Under the pieces are notes generated by a model. The model ran no database searches. It worked only from the letters and a program-made list of their open reading frames with translations, and was not told where the DNA came from. Shown one piece after another: positions 11,941 through 24,352 of a DNA stretch of 64,000 nucleotides (positions are counted from its first letter, which is position 1; every line of letters starts with the position of its first letter). A program made the translations under genes and the position numbers. The stretch is from Octopus sinensis (lineage: Eukaryota): assembly GCF_006345805.1 (NCBI RefSeq), contig NC_043000.1, positions 105,958,001 to 106,022,000 on the forward strand. Direction: 5' to 3'.

Positions 11941-13585
11941 CTTTTCTTTTCAACTGCTTCAATGGCTGCATCAGTGACAACTCTCCACTCATCAGTAAGG
12001 GTTGCAATGCCTGGGTAGTTCATGCTCAACCTGTTGCATTCCAACTAGTTCAGGCAAACCAATATTAACACTTTCGATACCAAGCCGCCTGAAAAAAATT
12101 TTGGTTAATGTGACCAAACCGCCCGAATTTACCTATTCATATTTAAATGAGAATATCAGAGCAAATCTCTTTAGTACATTCGTGAAAACACGTATTATAT
12201 TTCGTAAACAGTTCAACTACAGTTTTGTACAACAATCGAAGTGTAATTTTAATTCCGTGAATTTTGGGAGATTTTTTCCCGAAATTTGTTCCTATTGTGT
12301 TTTCAAAATTTGTAATTCTGACAAAAAATGGATACGAATTTCATTATATCAAGCAGCGAGTCAGAATTCGAAGGATTTTCTACTGAAGACCTTCATAAAT
12401 CTAACTCTATGACTGAAAAAAAAAGCACGAGGTATTTGATAATGAATCTGATGTTTCATTTTCCGAAAGTGAAAACAGTGAATCCGAGAGCTCCGACAGC
12501 GATAAAGAAAATGAATTGGCACCTGAATGGAGTGAAAATTTAAAAACTGTTTCTTTCGGTGATTTTTCTGAAGAAACTGGACCAAGCCACAGACTTTCCC
12601 AGGAGAGTAAACCCTTAGACTATTTCTTTTTACTTTTTCGAATGAGCCTATTTGAAATCATTACGGCGGAAACGAACCGTTACGCTAAATGTAAACAAAA
12701 CGAAAGAAAGGATAGTTTGTGGTTTCCCATAACCTTAAATGAAATTAAGACTATTTTGCCATAAATATTATTATAGGTATCAGAAAGTTACCCAGAATAA
12801 CAAATTCTATCGTAAAATTTTGTTGTATACCCAATTGAATATTAGCTAATAACCCATTTTCTATAGCGATGTTTGAACAAAATTTTAATAATTTTATATT
12901 TTGTTGAATTTACCTGTATCTACCTGCAATTAGAGTCACTTTGTGACAAAAATTATAGTATAGAATTGGTTGAGAACATTTCATTAAATTATCTTCCAAA
13001 ATTCACGTTAATATATTGATAAATAAAAAAGTTATAGTTGTTTAATGAAACCAGACTAAATTTATGATTACGTTAGAAATTAATTGAAACACATAAGGGG
13101 TGTATTTTGGTCAGAAATATAGTAACGAAAGGGTTAAGACAGCTTGTGCCATTTTCAATTAGCACAACATTTATGGAATGTAGAAGCATATTTTCTCTCT
13201 GTTCTGCATTCAGACCTCAGTGAACATAATCTACCATAATAGAATCCTTGTTAGTGTTCCACAGGTGAAGAACATTAGTAGGGTTTGAATAGGTGTAGAG
13301 GTCTGCAAACATAATATGCAGCTGAGAAGGCATCTGATGAGCAGCAGCTTCAAGTATGGCATGCTCCAACTCTTCATCATTTTGGAGAAGACCAAGTCTT
13401 ATACATGCATCTTTAAATGTTGCACAGATTTCACCTACAGTGTGTACTTCTTCAAAGCTCTTAGCACCTGGAACATAACGCAACAATTGCAAGTGAAATT
13501 TTTCAACATCTCTAGGACTCACTGTGTACATTCTGCAGATGATGTCATCATTCCTTATCCTGGTTGTCCATGTTTTTGTACATAC
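11941..13585 (-). mobile_element. Helitron RepHel coding remnant (Rep-helicase linker to start of helicase), split by a piggyBac insertion
   Basis: RMYTVSPRDVEKFHLQLL..VPGAKSFEEV.TV.EICATFKDAC..LGLLQNDEE...MPSQL (ORF 13217..13531). Removing 12069-13133 and one TTAA restores LIENGTSCLN|IGLPELV, followed in another frame by ATLTDEWRVVTDAAIEAV. Contains stops and frameshifts. Confidence 0.85.
12069..13133 (+). mobile_element. Internally deleted piggyBac transposon (1065 bp) with a transposase N-terminal remnant
   Basis: TTAA|CACTTTCGATAC...GTAACGAAAGGG|TTAA. An acidic N-terminus is followed by WSENL..VSFGDFSEETGP..LSQESKPLDYFFLLF..SLFEII.AETNRYA...W.PITLNEIK (PGBD4-like). No DDD catalytic core remains. 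Confidence 0.9.
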
Positions 13586-14189
13586 ATTTAGTTGCTTGCT
13601 TAATTAATTAATCAGTTGCTTGCTTAGTTAATTAGTTGCTTGATTAATTAATTAGGTAACTAGCAGGACCTAAGAATATTTCTTGGAATTAATGGTAAAC
13701 TATTGGGTTATTTCTGAAAACTTTATCCAAAAGCATAGCCTGTGTTGTGTCTGATAGTCACTCATCTGCTACTCATTGAAAAGTGAAAGAAATTGGAATA
13801 GGATGATTACTTAATGCACTTTATATACTTTATGCACAATTTTATAGACTTAATACACAGTACTCATAAAATAAATATTCACTTTTATTTTTTCATTTTT
13901 GCCATAACAAAAAAAAAAAAAAATCTGTACATATGATACAACCTTTAGTTAAATTGCATATATATGCCACGTAAATAAGCATGAATATTTCATGGAATTG
14001 CACTTATGTGCATGTGTTAAATGATAGGTGATATAAAAAATTTTGTTCAATTAAAAAAAAACACCTTGCAATATCTAATCACTACTGCCACCTCCACTCT
14101 CTCCTTTTCTTTAATCTCACCATCAGAACATCACCCCTCTGCTAAAATTATATTTCTAACTCTCCTTCAACTAACTCTTTTAACCACAT

Positions 14190-15663
14190 AAATATTACAT
14201 CGTCAAAGATTTTCTCATAATCAATGAATGTAACAGTACTCTCTCACTCATTGCAGCAACTGTATTAGAGTAAATATACGATCTATAATGCTGTACTTCT
14301 TTATGGACCCTGCTTGTCTTCGAGTGTAGTTCATCCAGTTGTTGAGATGACCATTCAGCGATTATTTTCATGAACAGCTTGTAATATGACAAGAGGCTGA
14401 TAGTTCTTAAGATCATCCTTATCACCCCTCTTGTACAGCAGGATCGTATTTGACTCTTTCCATTGGGAAGGTATTGACCCTTCCTCTAGGTAACAGTTGA
14501 AGTATAGAGTTATGATTTTCCATAGCTATTCTCTGCTGGCCTGCAACATTTCAGATGTTATAACATCCTTGCCCAGTACTTTTCCTTTGTTCATCAGCTT
14601 GAGGGTTCTCTTAACTTCACTGATCAGAATAGATGGTACTTTCTCTTTCACCTCCCAATGATGAAGGTGTGACCACTGTTCTTGGTTTAAAGAGGTTTAT
14701 GTAGAAGATTTTGCAGACTTCTTCCACACCTCTTCTGCCAGTCAATGCATTGCTGTCTTGGTTCTTCAGCGTTGTTACTTCCTTTCTATAAAGCATCTTC
14801 CTTTTGCATTTCTTGAGGCTCTTCTGTTCTTGTGCAGTCTTCAGGAGTTTTTCTGTACCTCTCAAAGTCATTCTCAAGACATTGTGTTATCATCTTGCAG
14901 AGAACAGAATATTCTACTAGGTGTTCTCCGCTTTTCCATCAGCTTCTTTGTCTGCTCCAAGAGCCTTCCTGTCTCCTTTGGAACCATGACCTTTGTACTC
15001 CTCAAGCTTTTCTTCAACTTCTGGATCAGTATCTCATAGTCGCCATTTATTTCCTCAAGCTAATCCCAGGATTCTTTCCTGATGGCTTCCCTCAGCTGCA
15101 TTTCCTTCACACATTGTTCCCTCAATGCTAACTGCAGCACGTTTTTCTCCTTTTTCTATTCAACACAATCTTCACTGATACAAGGTGGTGGTCACTTCCT
15201 GTGTTGAATGGTGCAACTACAGAGATGCCTTGTAGAATATACCTTTTAGGGACCAGGATGTAGTTGATCATTTTTGTTCTTTGCATTCAGGGTGATCCAG
15301 GTCCATCTGTTCCTGGCCCTTTTTGAGTGCTAGTGGTAACATGTAATCCAGTACAACCTGTTACATGGTTGGGTTGCCGGTGACTAAAGTCTCAACCCCC
15401 ACTGAGCTTGCTTGGTGAGGCGGGTGTTTGTTGGACACCCTGCAGGGCAAAAAAGAAAACTTATCAAAAGGCAGAGGAACTCACGCGAAGTCAATGAGTC
15501 ACCCAACAAAAATGGGGGTCTTAAGGGTACAAGGCTACAGGAGCACACCTCGAATGAAAACGCAACCAATTGCCTGCTTGCCTAGCCAGGAGGGTGGCAT
15601 CAAATTATGGCTAAATGGGTTTCAGTAGCCTGCATGTAAATCAGTCTGCTCCATGGTGGCAGG
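14190..15663 (-). mobile_element. RTE-clade LINE, inverted segment: 5' UTR-like region, then endonuclease C-terminus, linker and RT N-terminus
   Basis: The - strand gives RWTWI.LNAKNK..INYILV...FNTGSDHHLV (APE C-terminal motifs) and RTISLLS.YKLFMKII..., ending at AFIDYEKIFDDV at about 14195. Many stops and frameshifts. Confidence 0.85.
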
Positions 15664-16820
15664 GCATAATCTGAGCGACAAAAGGCTGCTGAGAATCTCA
15701 GATTGTAAGAAGCTGCCAAGGAAACTGACTAACCTTGCCATATGCACCTACAACTGCACCTCTTTGGCAAAGGGGAACAGCTAGAACTACTTGATGAAGA
15801 AGAGAAAGAAAATCAATTGCAACAAACTTTGCAGTATGTCACCCTCCTTAGGGTGGTGAACACCAGGTGCACAACGAATGTGGCCCTGTTATCCTCACCA
15901 GTAAATGTTTCAGTGGAGATGGGTGTCAAGCAAGGAGACACCATCTCTCCTAAGCTTTTCACTGTGCGCCTTGAGATGGTGATACGAGACATGAACTAGA
16001 ACGGAGCCATAAGGATAAAAGGAGAGCTGCTCACCCATCTAAGATTCACTGACGACACAACACTGATAGTGGAGAGCACTGATTAACCTTTGACAGCATC
16101 GAAATCAAGGCAGTACTGAAGCTCTCAGGAAACAAGGTGTGATGATGCAATACGTCACCCTCCTTAGGGATGTGAACACCAGGTGCACAACGAATGTGGC
16201 CCTGTTATCCTTACCAGTGACTGTTCCAGTGGAGAAGAGTGTTAAGCAAGAAGACACCATCTCTCCAAAGCTTTTCACTGCATGTCTTGAGATGGTCATA
16301 AGAGACATGAACTTGGATGGAGGCATAAGGATAAATGGTGAGCTGCTCACCCATCTAAGATTCGCTGATGACATAGTACTGATAGCAGAGAGCACTGATC
16401 AGCTGCAGACCATGCTGGATGAACTTCAGCAGTTGGCCTGAAGATCAACCGTATGAAAACCATGTACACATAATCTGAAGGCATACTGGTCAGTCGCCTA
16501 ACAATTGGAGGCAATGGAATAGAGGAGGTGAGCAGCTATGTGTCTCTTGGTCAAGACGTGACTTTAAAGCAAGAGATGGAGAATGAGATCTCACGAAGGA
16601 TAAAGCAGGATGAAGAGCATTCACCTTGGTGAAGGGTGTATTGAAGGTGAACCTAGACAAGGAAACTTGCGACAATATCTTCAACAACACAGTCTTGCCT
16701 GCAATGCTATATGCATGTGAAACTTGGGCCTTGGCGAAGAGAGAACAACATCTGCTTACAGAGCAGAGAGCCATGGAAAAGGTCGATGTTGGGAATCTTG
16801 CTAAGAGATCACTTCACAGT
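15664..16820 (+). mobile_element. RTE-clade LINE, forward segment: endonuclease N-terminus plus a duplicated RT core
   Basis: LAICTYNCTSL (APE motif I) is joined to GVKQGDTISPKLF...LRFTDD (15831-16086), then AFDSIE...KQEDTISPKLF...LTHLRFADDIVL...LPAMLYACETW (16087-16820). Confidence 0.88.
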
Positions 16821-16849
16821 GTATCTTGGATCGCGTTACTACTGGAAGC

Positions 16850-17150
16850 GTTATTTTTAATATACTAGTGTGTAATTAGCGGGGGTAAACCACCTGTTTT
16901 CGGCGTAACAAAACCCTAAACACCGGGTGTATGTATTCTTTACTTTCGCCATGTAATTTTGGGGAAATGTGGCTCGTGCCTCTGGGTATGCTGAAATTTC
17001 AGCAATAAAAAAATTGTGTTTTTTACTGTTACAAGTGTGGTTGACAAACGTTCATCATTAAAAGAAAGAGTGCAAGATGGCGGTTATTATTGTGTCGTAC
17101 AATTTTACGTTAGGCTAGTAATTAATTATTTCAGTTATTTCTATCACTTC
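16850..17150. promoter_or_regulatory. Candidate (bidirectional) promoter upstream of TAX1BP3
   Basis: Local CpG enrichment relative to the flanks. YY1-like CAAGATGGCGG at 17073-17083 (+) and an outward-facing ACATGGCGAA on the - strand at about 16945-16954. Lies about 0.75 kb upstream of the TAX1BP3 ATG. Confidence 0.45.
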
Positions 17151-17857
17151 ACTGATGTTTGCATGTATGTTGCAATTCGGTATTGTGTATAATATATAAT
17201 ACATGCTTTCTTTTGTGTAGATGAAAATTTGTTTTTCAAAACACAGTTGAATACCGGAGCAATGCAAATACAGGGAAACAAATGTTTTGAGAGTCGTTTC
17301 CAAAAAACGATAAAATTCATTATAGTAACACATACCAAGAGAATGGTTTACTATTGAAAAATGGATCCAGAGAATTATTAAAGCAAGTCTTTAAAAGAGT
17401 GTACAAAAGACACATGGTGTAAGAAAGAATATCAAAAATGTGGGAGGCCGACACGTTCCATACAATTAAACTTCACCAAACACACAAACTATAAGACATT
17501 AAGGATTAACAAATTGTCCTACCTCATAATAGAACCACTGGTCTATTGTTAACCCGTTGCTGGATAACATGCTTCAAGTATTTAGAAATAGGCTGCTTTA
17601 ACAAAAATCAACGAACAATTTGAAAATCTCATGTGGATGAATTCAAAGAAAGCGCCATGTTTGATATCGTGTAAACGTGACTACAAACTTTATTTATATA
17701 AACAAAAAATTTATTTAAAAATACATCTGTTAAGTTTTTGTCTAATTCTAAGTAATTCAAAAACTATTCGTATTGATATAAAGTGAAAATAATACATAGT
17801 AATAATTTATTACGTAAGAATTACCAAGCTCCTCCCTGTTCTTTTTACCAAAACAAC

Positions 17858-17899
17858 ATGGCAGGTCATACAGCCGGCGACCCTCTCGAGTGTTTCAGT
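17858..17899 (+). CDS. TAX1BP3: Tax1-binding protein 3 (TIP-1)-like PDZ protein, coding exon 1 (MAGHTAGDPLECFS)
   Basis: ATG in an AACAACATGG context, 14 codons, ending at the donor AGT|gtaagc (phase 0). The peptide resembles the MxxxHxxGxxxECxS N-terminus I recall for invertebrate TIP-1 orthologues and joins in frame to exon 2 (IPIVLHK). Confidence 0.85.
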
Positions 17900-19584
17900 G
17901 TAAGCTTTTAATACTTATTTTCTTTTTATACTTTGCTCTAACTTTATATGGCGCTTATTATTTAATGTCCGCTCGATATTCTAAATATATATATATAACT
18001 ACCTAATTAATTTTTCTTCCAATTGCAACTATCGTTCGTTTTTACCATTTTCTTTCTCCGAATATTTTAATTGTCTGATGTGTTATCAATAGACAGATTG
18101 AATGAGTTAGAGGAATTAGACGACTGATTATTGTGAATCTCTTCATTCATTTTCCCCACCACAATATATGTAAATACAAATATTTATATAGATAATGTTA
18201 AACCATTTCCTTCGTTATTTATCTCTTCAAGCCATGCGGTCATTTATTATTCTAATGATTGGTGATAGTAGTTTTTTTCTCTTCCTTCCTTTGTTCAGTG
18301 TTAGTTACCATCATCCTCAAATTTTCCCCGCCTTGTCCTTAAGGTTCTTAAGTTTTTTTTTTTGGCATACTACGTCTATTCTGTCGTACTTGCGCCATCC
18401 GAGCTCTTCGTTAATTGCCTTAAACATCTGATTGTCTGCTGTCTTTCCACCCCTTAATCCATTACAGTAGCCCTATCCAAATGGCTTGTTGCGATTTAAC
18501 TTCTGTATTAAACCAATATTCTCTTTTTAATGCCCCTCATATGTTGTTCCTGTGGCAAATAAAGAAACGACTATTATTATTTTCATAATTGGTTCTGCCT
18601 AAGCTCCGATCGTTTTTCTAATTGTCCATATACCCTTCACTGCCCCCCCCCCTTCCGTGGCAAATAAAATTATTTTTTTTTTCTTTCTCCATCAGCTGGG
18701 TTTGAAAGTTAAAAACGATATTGTAATTTAAAGAATATAAACCGAAAATTGTTTTGCGTATCTCTAATTTTTTTAATTCGTTTTACAACGACAATAATGG
18801 CACTTTTCTATGGAGCTTGAAAATATTTACGGAGAAATGCGAAGTATAGATATTTATCCCTTTGCCCAGTGGTATTTACAACGTGAAATTAGATGCATCC
18901 AATTTGGGACAACGACAATAATACAGAAATTAAATTTGCCTAGGTCTTCTTAGTAACAAAACGTCTTGGATCGAGTATAACTTGATTCTTTCCAGGGTTG
19001 ATAAAATATGTACCGGTAATGTACTGACCAAGTCAAATATATCTACACCCTTTTCGCACGTATCATACGCTTAAATGTATACACGCACAATTGTTTCACC
19101 CAGCTAAGGAATTATATATATTTCGTTTAAAAGGATTTCAAACGAAGTTTTTTATTTTTTAGTTGTGAAGTATGATTATTTGCTTTTATAGAGAACAGGG
19201 TAACTGGGTATTACTTGAATACAAAATACTTTAGCAATTTTAGGTTCTATCATATTTCAAACATTCAATCCAGTTGTATATGACTTAAATTTTTTTTTTT
19301 CTTTAAAAATACCCGTTCGATATCAAATTATGTATTTACCATATATATATATATAATTTTTAATTACCGAAAGAAAAAAAGTATTTGTATATTTTAAATT
19401 TAAAATCTCTAATACGTATTGGGTACACTGTCCAATAAAAAAAAAATCGGTGAGTGCTTTACACACACATTAATCAAATTTCACCACCACTCCTAAACAA
19501 AAAAAAAAGCCTATTTGTCATTCATTGAGATCACTCCACTAATTTATGTGGGTGTAACTGATTTTTTTTGTTGAGAAAATATTT

Positions 19585-19800
19585 CCATTTACACACACAC
19601 ACACACATATAGTGAGAATTTACAAAAAAAAAAAAAAAAGACGAAGACGGGTGTGTAAACAAACAGATATGTTAGTTTAACGCTCGGGAGGTGAGAAAAT
19701 CTTTTACGTTTCGAGCCAACGCTCTTCGACAGAAAGGGACACAGAAATAAACAGGGAGAGAAAATAAAAAAAAAAGGTTTAGTGGCTAGCGATCTATCAT
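19585..19800. mobile_element. Putative Penelope-like terminal repeat fragment
   Basis: The motif TTTTACGTTTCGAGCC..CGCTCTTCGACAG resembles the ACGTTTCG...TCTTC signature of Penelope pLTRs and is flanked by microsatellites. No coding sequence is visible. Confidence 0.35.
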
Positions 19801-22137
19801 ATATATATATCATGTGGTGGTGATAGTGTGATATTCCGCTAAATAACAAACGAAATATAAATATATGTATATATTTCTTACGTTGTCAAACTTTAACAAA
19901 AATATCAAGAAATAAAATTCAAATAATTGCTATTTTTCCAATAATATTTAGATACCAATTCTTCATTTAATACTTTTAACGTAGGTCTTTTCCCCCATAT
20001 GTTGATTCTGCTTCAAATCGGATCCAACTTTACTACAATTTTTCTCTTTATTTCTCTTAACTCCCTCACAGCACATCTTGAGATCTCAAATTTATTTATC
20101 GATTCCAAAACGTAACTTTATAGTTTCTTTGAGAAACTTTGCGAACGTGTAAATAGCGAAAGCCGTCTTTGTTCTTAGTGTTGTCCAGTGCCTAATGAGC
20201 TGTGATTCACCAAACTTATAGTTAGATACGTTCCAGCCGTGACCATCTCGTATATTTCCAGGCATAGTATATCTAGGACCACATCCATTGTGTTATTCAT
20301 TCCTTAGATGGTGTGGTGTGTTTGAAGAAAGTTTGGCTGCTATTTTTAGCTAATCAAACGACCACGCAGAGGCTCCCTCGTTAGTTCGAAGTTGTTCGTG
20401 TTTCATGTGTTTTACTATTTATAATTTAATATACCTTTATATTTAGTTTGACACCTCATCTATAAGGTGTTCTTGATATTCTGGCATGAAAAAGCCTTCC
20501 TAACGAAATTCTTGAAAATGATTGAACAAACGTTATTGGCAAAAATGTACCACTGATAAATTCAACAGGATAAGGATGTTATACATTTATTAAAATTTGT
20601 TATGTTCCCCTCACTCCATTACAGAATAAATATTAACTATGTAAAACAAAAACTAAAACAAGATATAACATTAAAAAAAAACCCCTTTAACCATCCACAC
20701 AGTGGTAAGAATCTACTAGTTAGATGAGATCAGAGAGAGAGAACAGCATGGCTTTTCTTCTAACCAGTCATTATATTATTCTTGGGATCACTAAAAGTAT
20801 CTGTAAGCATTTCTTTACAACATCTAATATCTTTTGAACAAAAACTACGTTATATTTTCATAAATTTCTTGTGATTTTAGCCAAAACTCTTATCTCAGTG
20901 CTCCTAGTCTTCATCTAATTCCTGTTCCATCCATATATTGATAGTATGAGCCTCCTCTTGACTCATACTTGTGCAGTTCATAGTAGTTGCTTCTGACAAT
21001 TATGAACTTGCATGAGTACTAGAGATTATCCTATTTTTCTGGAAGCTTTCTGATAGATTTTGGTATTTTCTCTTTTTTGTTTTATTTCCTGTAACAGTCT
21101 GTTAGTTCACTCAACCTTCATTTGCTCCTCATTTTCTCAAGAGGTACTAGTGGAAGATGATGTGGGCTTCAATATTGTCCACTTCTAAAACTGAAGGTGG
21201 GTTAGTATCCAGCACTTCAACCAATAACACTGTTGGAAGGGCAACCTCTAGAAATTGCTGCAGTTGGCCACCCTCCTTTCTTTTTGTCTTTTCAACTCTT
21301 TGGGTTTTTTTTACCATGAGTGTAACAACTATATTTTCTGCTTTGCTTCACCAGTCTGACTCACAATGGAGCATGACTCTAGAATGACCTTGTGAACTCG
21401 AGGTCTCATAAGGACTGGCAAGTCTGTGCATACTGCTTCCAGCTGCATGTCATTCTTTTGTTACACTCATATTATGCTTTTGAGTCAGGAATCTGTGTCA
21501 CTGCTAGAGTCTCTGACTATCACATGTTATGCAGGCAAGGTACTGAGATTTCTGAGCAGATATCTTATGCTCTAGCTTTGCTTTGTATTGTGCTTCACCT
21601 TTGGTCCTTGAGATCAAGCAGACACTACTGTAAGATTTAGCCTAGTCAGTGTATAAGATGCTGGTCCAGATGTCAACCAGTACCTTCCTTAATTGATCTT
21701 TGAGGGTATAGAAAAAGCTTGTTTCATGAAGCAATGGTAGGTGAACTTTTCCCTTCCCCTCTCCTGATCAAGTTCTTTGAGTAAGGAAATAGTCCCATGG
21801 TGATATTACAATTATATTTTCAAAATTTCTTTTTTGCTGATAATGGAAGCAAAAGAAAAATTTTCATTATAGTTTTGGCAAAAAGTTTGTGTATGTTATG
21901 ATGTGTAATTTATCTGGCAGTAAAAACTCCATTTTTGCCAATGTATTTTTTTATCTACAAAAATGTCTGTATTATTTCATTTACATGGCTCATGTTCCTC
22001 TTTTTCCTTGGTGTACTTTAGGGGGAGTGTTGTCTTACTCACCATGTTTGAAATGCTTAAATGGTGTAAAAAAAAATTTCGTATGTGAATTAAAGTTCTT
22101 TTTTCTCAAACGTGAAGAAAATACCAGAAATAAGAGT

Positions 22138-22340
22138 TCATCATCATCATCATCGTCGTTTAGCGTCCGTTTTCCATGCTAGCATGGGTTGGACGGTTCT
22201 ACTGGGGTCTGTGAAGCCAGAAGGCTTCATCAGGCCCAGTCAAATCTGGCAGTGTTTCTATGGCTGGATGCCCTTCCTAACGCCAACCACTCCGTGAGTG
22301 TAGTGGGTGCTTTTTACGTGCCACCCGCACAGGTGCCAGA
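22138..22340 (-). mobile_element. RTE 3'-end (UTR-only) copy
   Basis: (CAT)n-cgtttagcgtccgttttccatgctagcatgggttgg matches 4111-4300. Further copies at about 5746-5870, 22990-23310(+), 24236-24320, 27247-27700, 31393-31730, 54700-54900(+), 56346-56470 and 62632-62670. Confidence 0.8.
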
Positions 22341-24073
22341 CAGTTCATGAAACAAAAAGAAAATCTGTTTGTGTAATACAATGAATTTTTTAAATCATAA
22401 GAGCTATGTGCAATATAACTTGCTGAAACAGAAGCAATGATAATAATTCTTTCTACTACAGGCACAGGGCCTGAAATTTGGGGAAAAGGAGGCTAGTCGA
22501 TTGCATCAACTCTATATTTTATCGATCCTGAAAGGACGAAAGGCATAGTCAACCTCATTGGAATTTGAACTTGACTTTTCCTTCCATACAGCCTTTCAGG
22601 GTTGATAAAATAAAGTACCAGTCAAATACTGGGTCAATGTAATCAACTAGCCCCCTCCTCCCAATTTTCAGGCCTTTTGTTTCTAACAGGTACAAGGACA
22701 TAAATTTAAGGGAGGGGTGTATGGAGTGGAGAAAGGCTTGCTTTATATGTATTTATAAAGGTAAAGCATATGTGGTTGAGAAGCTTGCTTGCTAACCATG
22801 TTGTCTTAGGTTTGTCCCACTGTGCAGCATCTTTAATTTACTTTAATCCTAGTCTGACCAAAGCCTTGTGAGTAGATTTGGTAAATGGAAAATGACAGAA
22901 ATGTATTTATGTATGTATGTTTGTGTGTGTGGGAAAGTAGAGCAGTACTTATGACTTTTGAAGGTTCTTCCAGATAAGTGAAATTGATGAGGCTGATGTC
23001 CAGCTGATATGTATGTAGGTCCATATTGACATAAAAAGCATCCAGTTCACACTATAAAGTGGATGGCATTTGGAAGGGCATCCAGCAGTAAAAACCCTTG
23101 CCAAAACTGACCTAACCTGTGCTTGTGCCATGTAAAAAGTACTCAGTCCACCCTGCTGGCTGGTTGGTTTTAGGAAGGGCATCCAGCCGTAAAAACCCTG
23201 CCAAAACAGATACACAAGTCTGGTGCAGGCTCATGTCTGACTGATTCCTGTCAAACTGTCCAACCCATGCCAGTATGGAAGGCGGATGTTAAAGGATGAT
23301 AATGATGAGGAGTATATATATGTGTGTGTGGGCTCCACCCTACTGCTTGAAAGTTAGTGTTGGTTCGTTTACATCCCCATAATTTTTCAGTTCCGCATTT
23401 TGTCCATCTTTACATTCTGAGTTCAGATTCTGCTGAGAACAATTTTGCCTTTCATCCTTTCAGGATTGATGGAATAAGTACCAGTTGAACATGGATTGAT
23501 GTAATTGACTATCCCCTCTCCACAAATTGCTGGCCTTGTGCCCATGATAGAAAGAATTATTCCTAGCAAGAAGGAAATTGGAATATGATGATTACATAAT
23601 GCACTTTATATATACACTTTATTTACATTATGCACAATTTTATAGACTTAATATACAGCACTCTCCCTCAGTCTTCACCTTACCCTCTTTTTCTCTCTGC
23701 TTTTTCTTTCGCTCTTCATCTTTCCCTTCAACTAATCACATGAAAGCATTGCAGGTGGGCTAAGTAACGGAGGAAAAAAGACATTTACACATTTCACTCA
23801 CCACCCCTCTCTCTCCCCTCCCCTCTCCCCCTTCAACTGATCACATGGAAGTGTTATGGATGGGCTAAGTAATGGAGGAGCAAGCAAAATTATTATAAGA
23901 TCATTATTATTTGCATTTAGATGGGAAGTTGGCTGAGTGGTTAGTGTTAAATAGAATGCTAAGTAGTATTTATTCCATCTCACTACTCTCCAAGTTCATA
24001 TTCTACCAATGTCAAATTTGCCTTTCAATCTTCATGGGTTGATAAAGTATCATTCAAGCACCATCATCATCAA

Positions 24074-24319
24074 TGGTGCAAGCGTGGCTGTGTGGTAGGA
24101 AGTTTGCTTCCCAACTGCATGTTTCCAGGTTCAGTCACATTGCGTGGCACCTTGGGCAAGTGTTTTCTACAATAGCCTTGGGCTGACCAAAGCCTTGTGA
24201 GTGGATTTGGTAGATGGAAATTGAAGTCCATCATACCATCATCATCATCATTTAACATCTGCCTTCCATGCCGGCATGGGCTGGACAATTTGACAGAAGC
24301 CTGCACCAGACTTTTGTGA

Positions 24320-24352
<33 letters not shown>

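Noticed and set aside
1-16900. EMC6 as the head-to-head partner, by analogy to human synteny
   Set aside because: I found no sequence encoding EMC6 motifs (EYCRTS, GILGLTG, FWTFLYGMVHV) in this interval.
20950-21720. Possible decayed LINE coding remnant
   Set aside because: The composition is suggestive, but no diagnostic EN or RT motif could be read in any frame.
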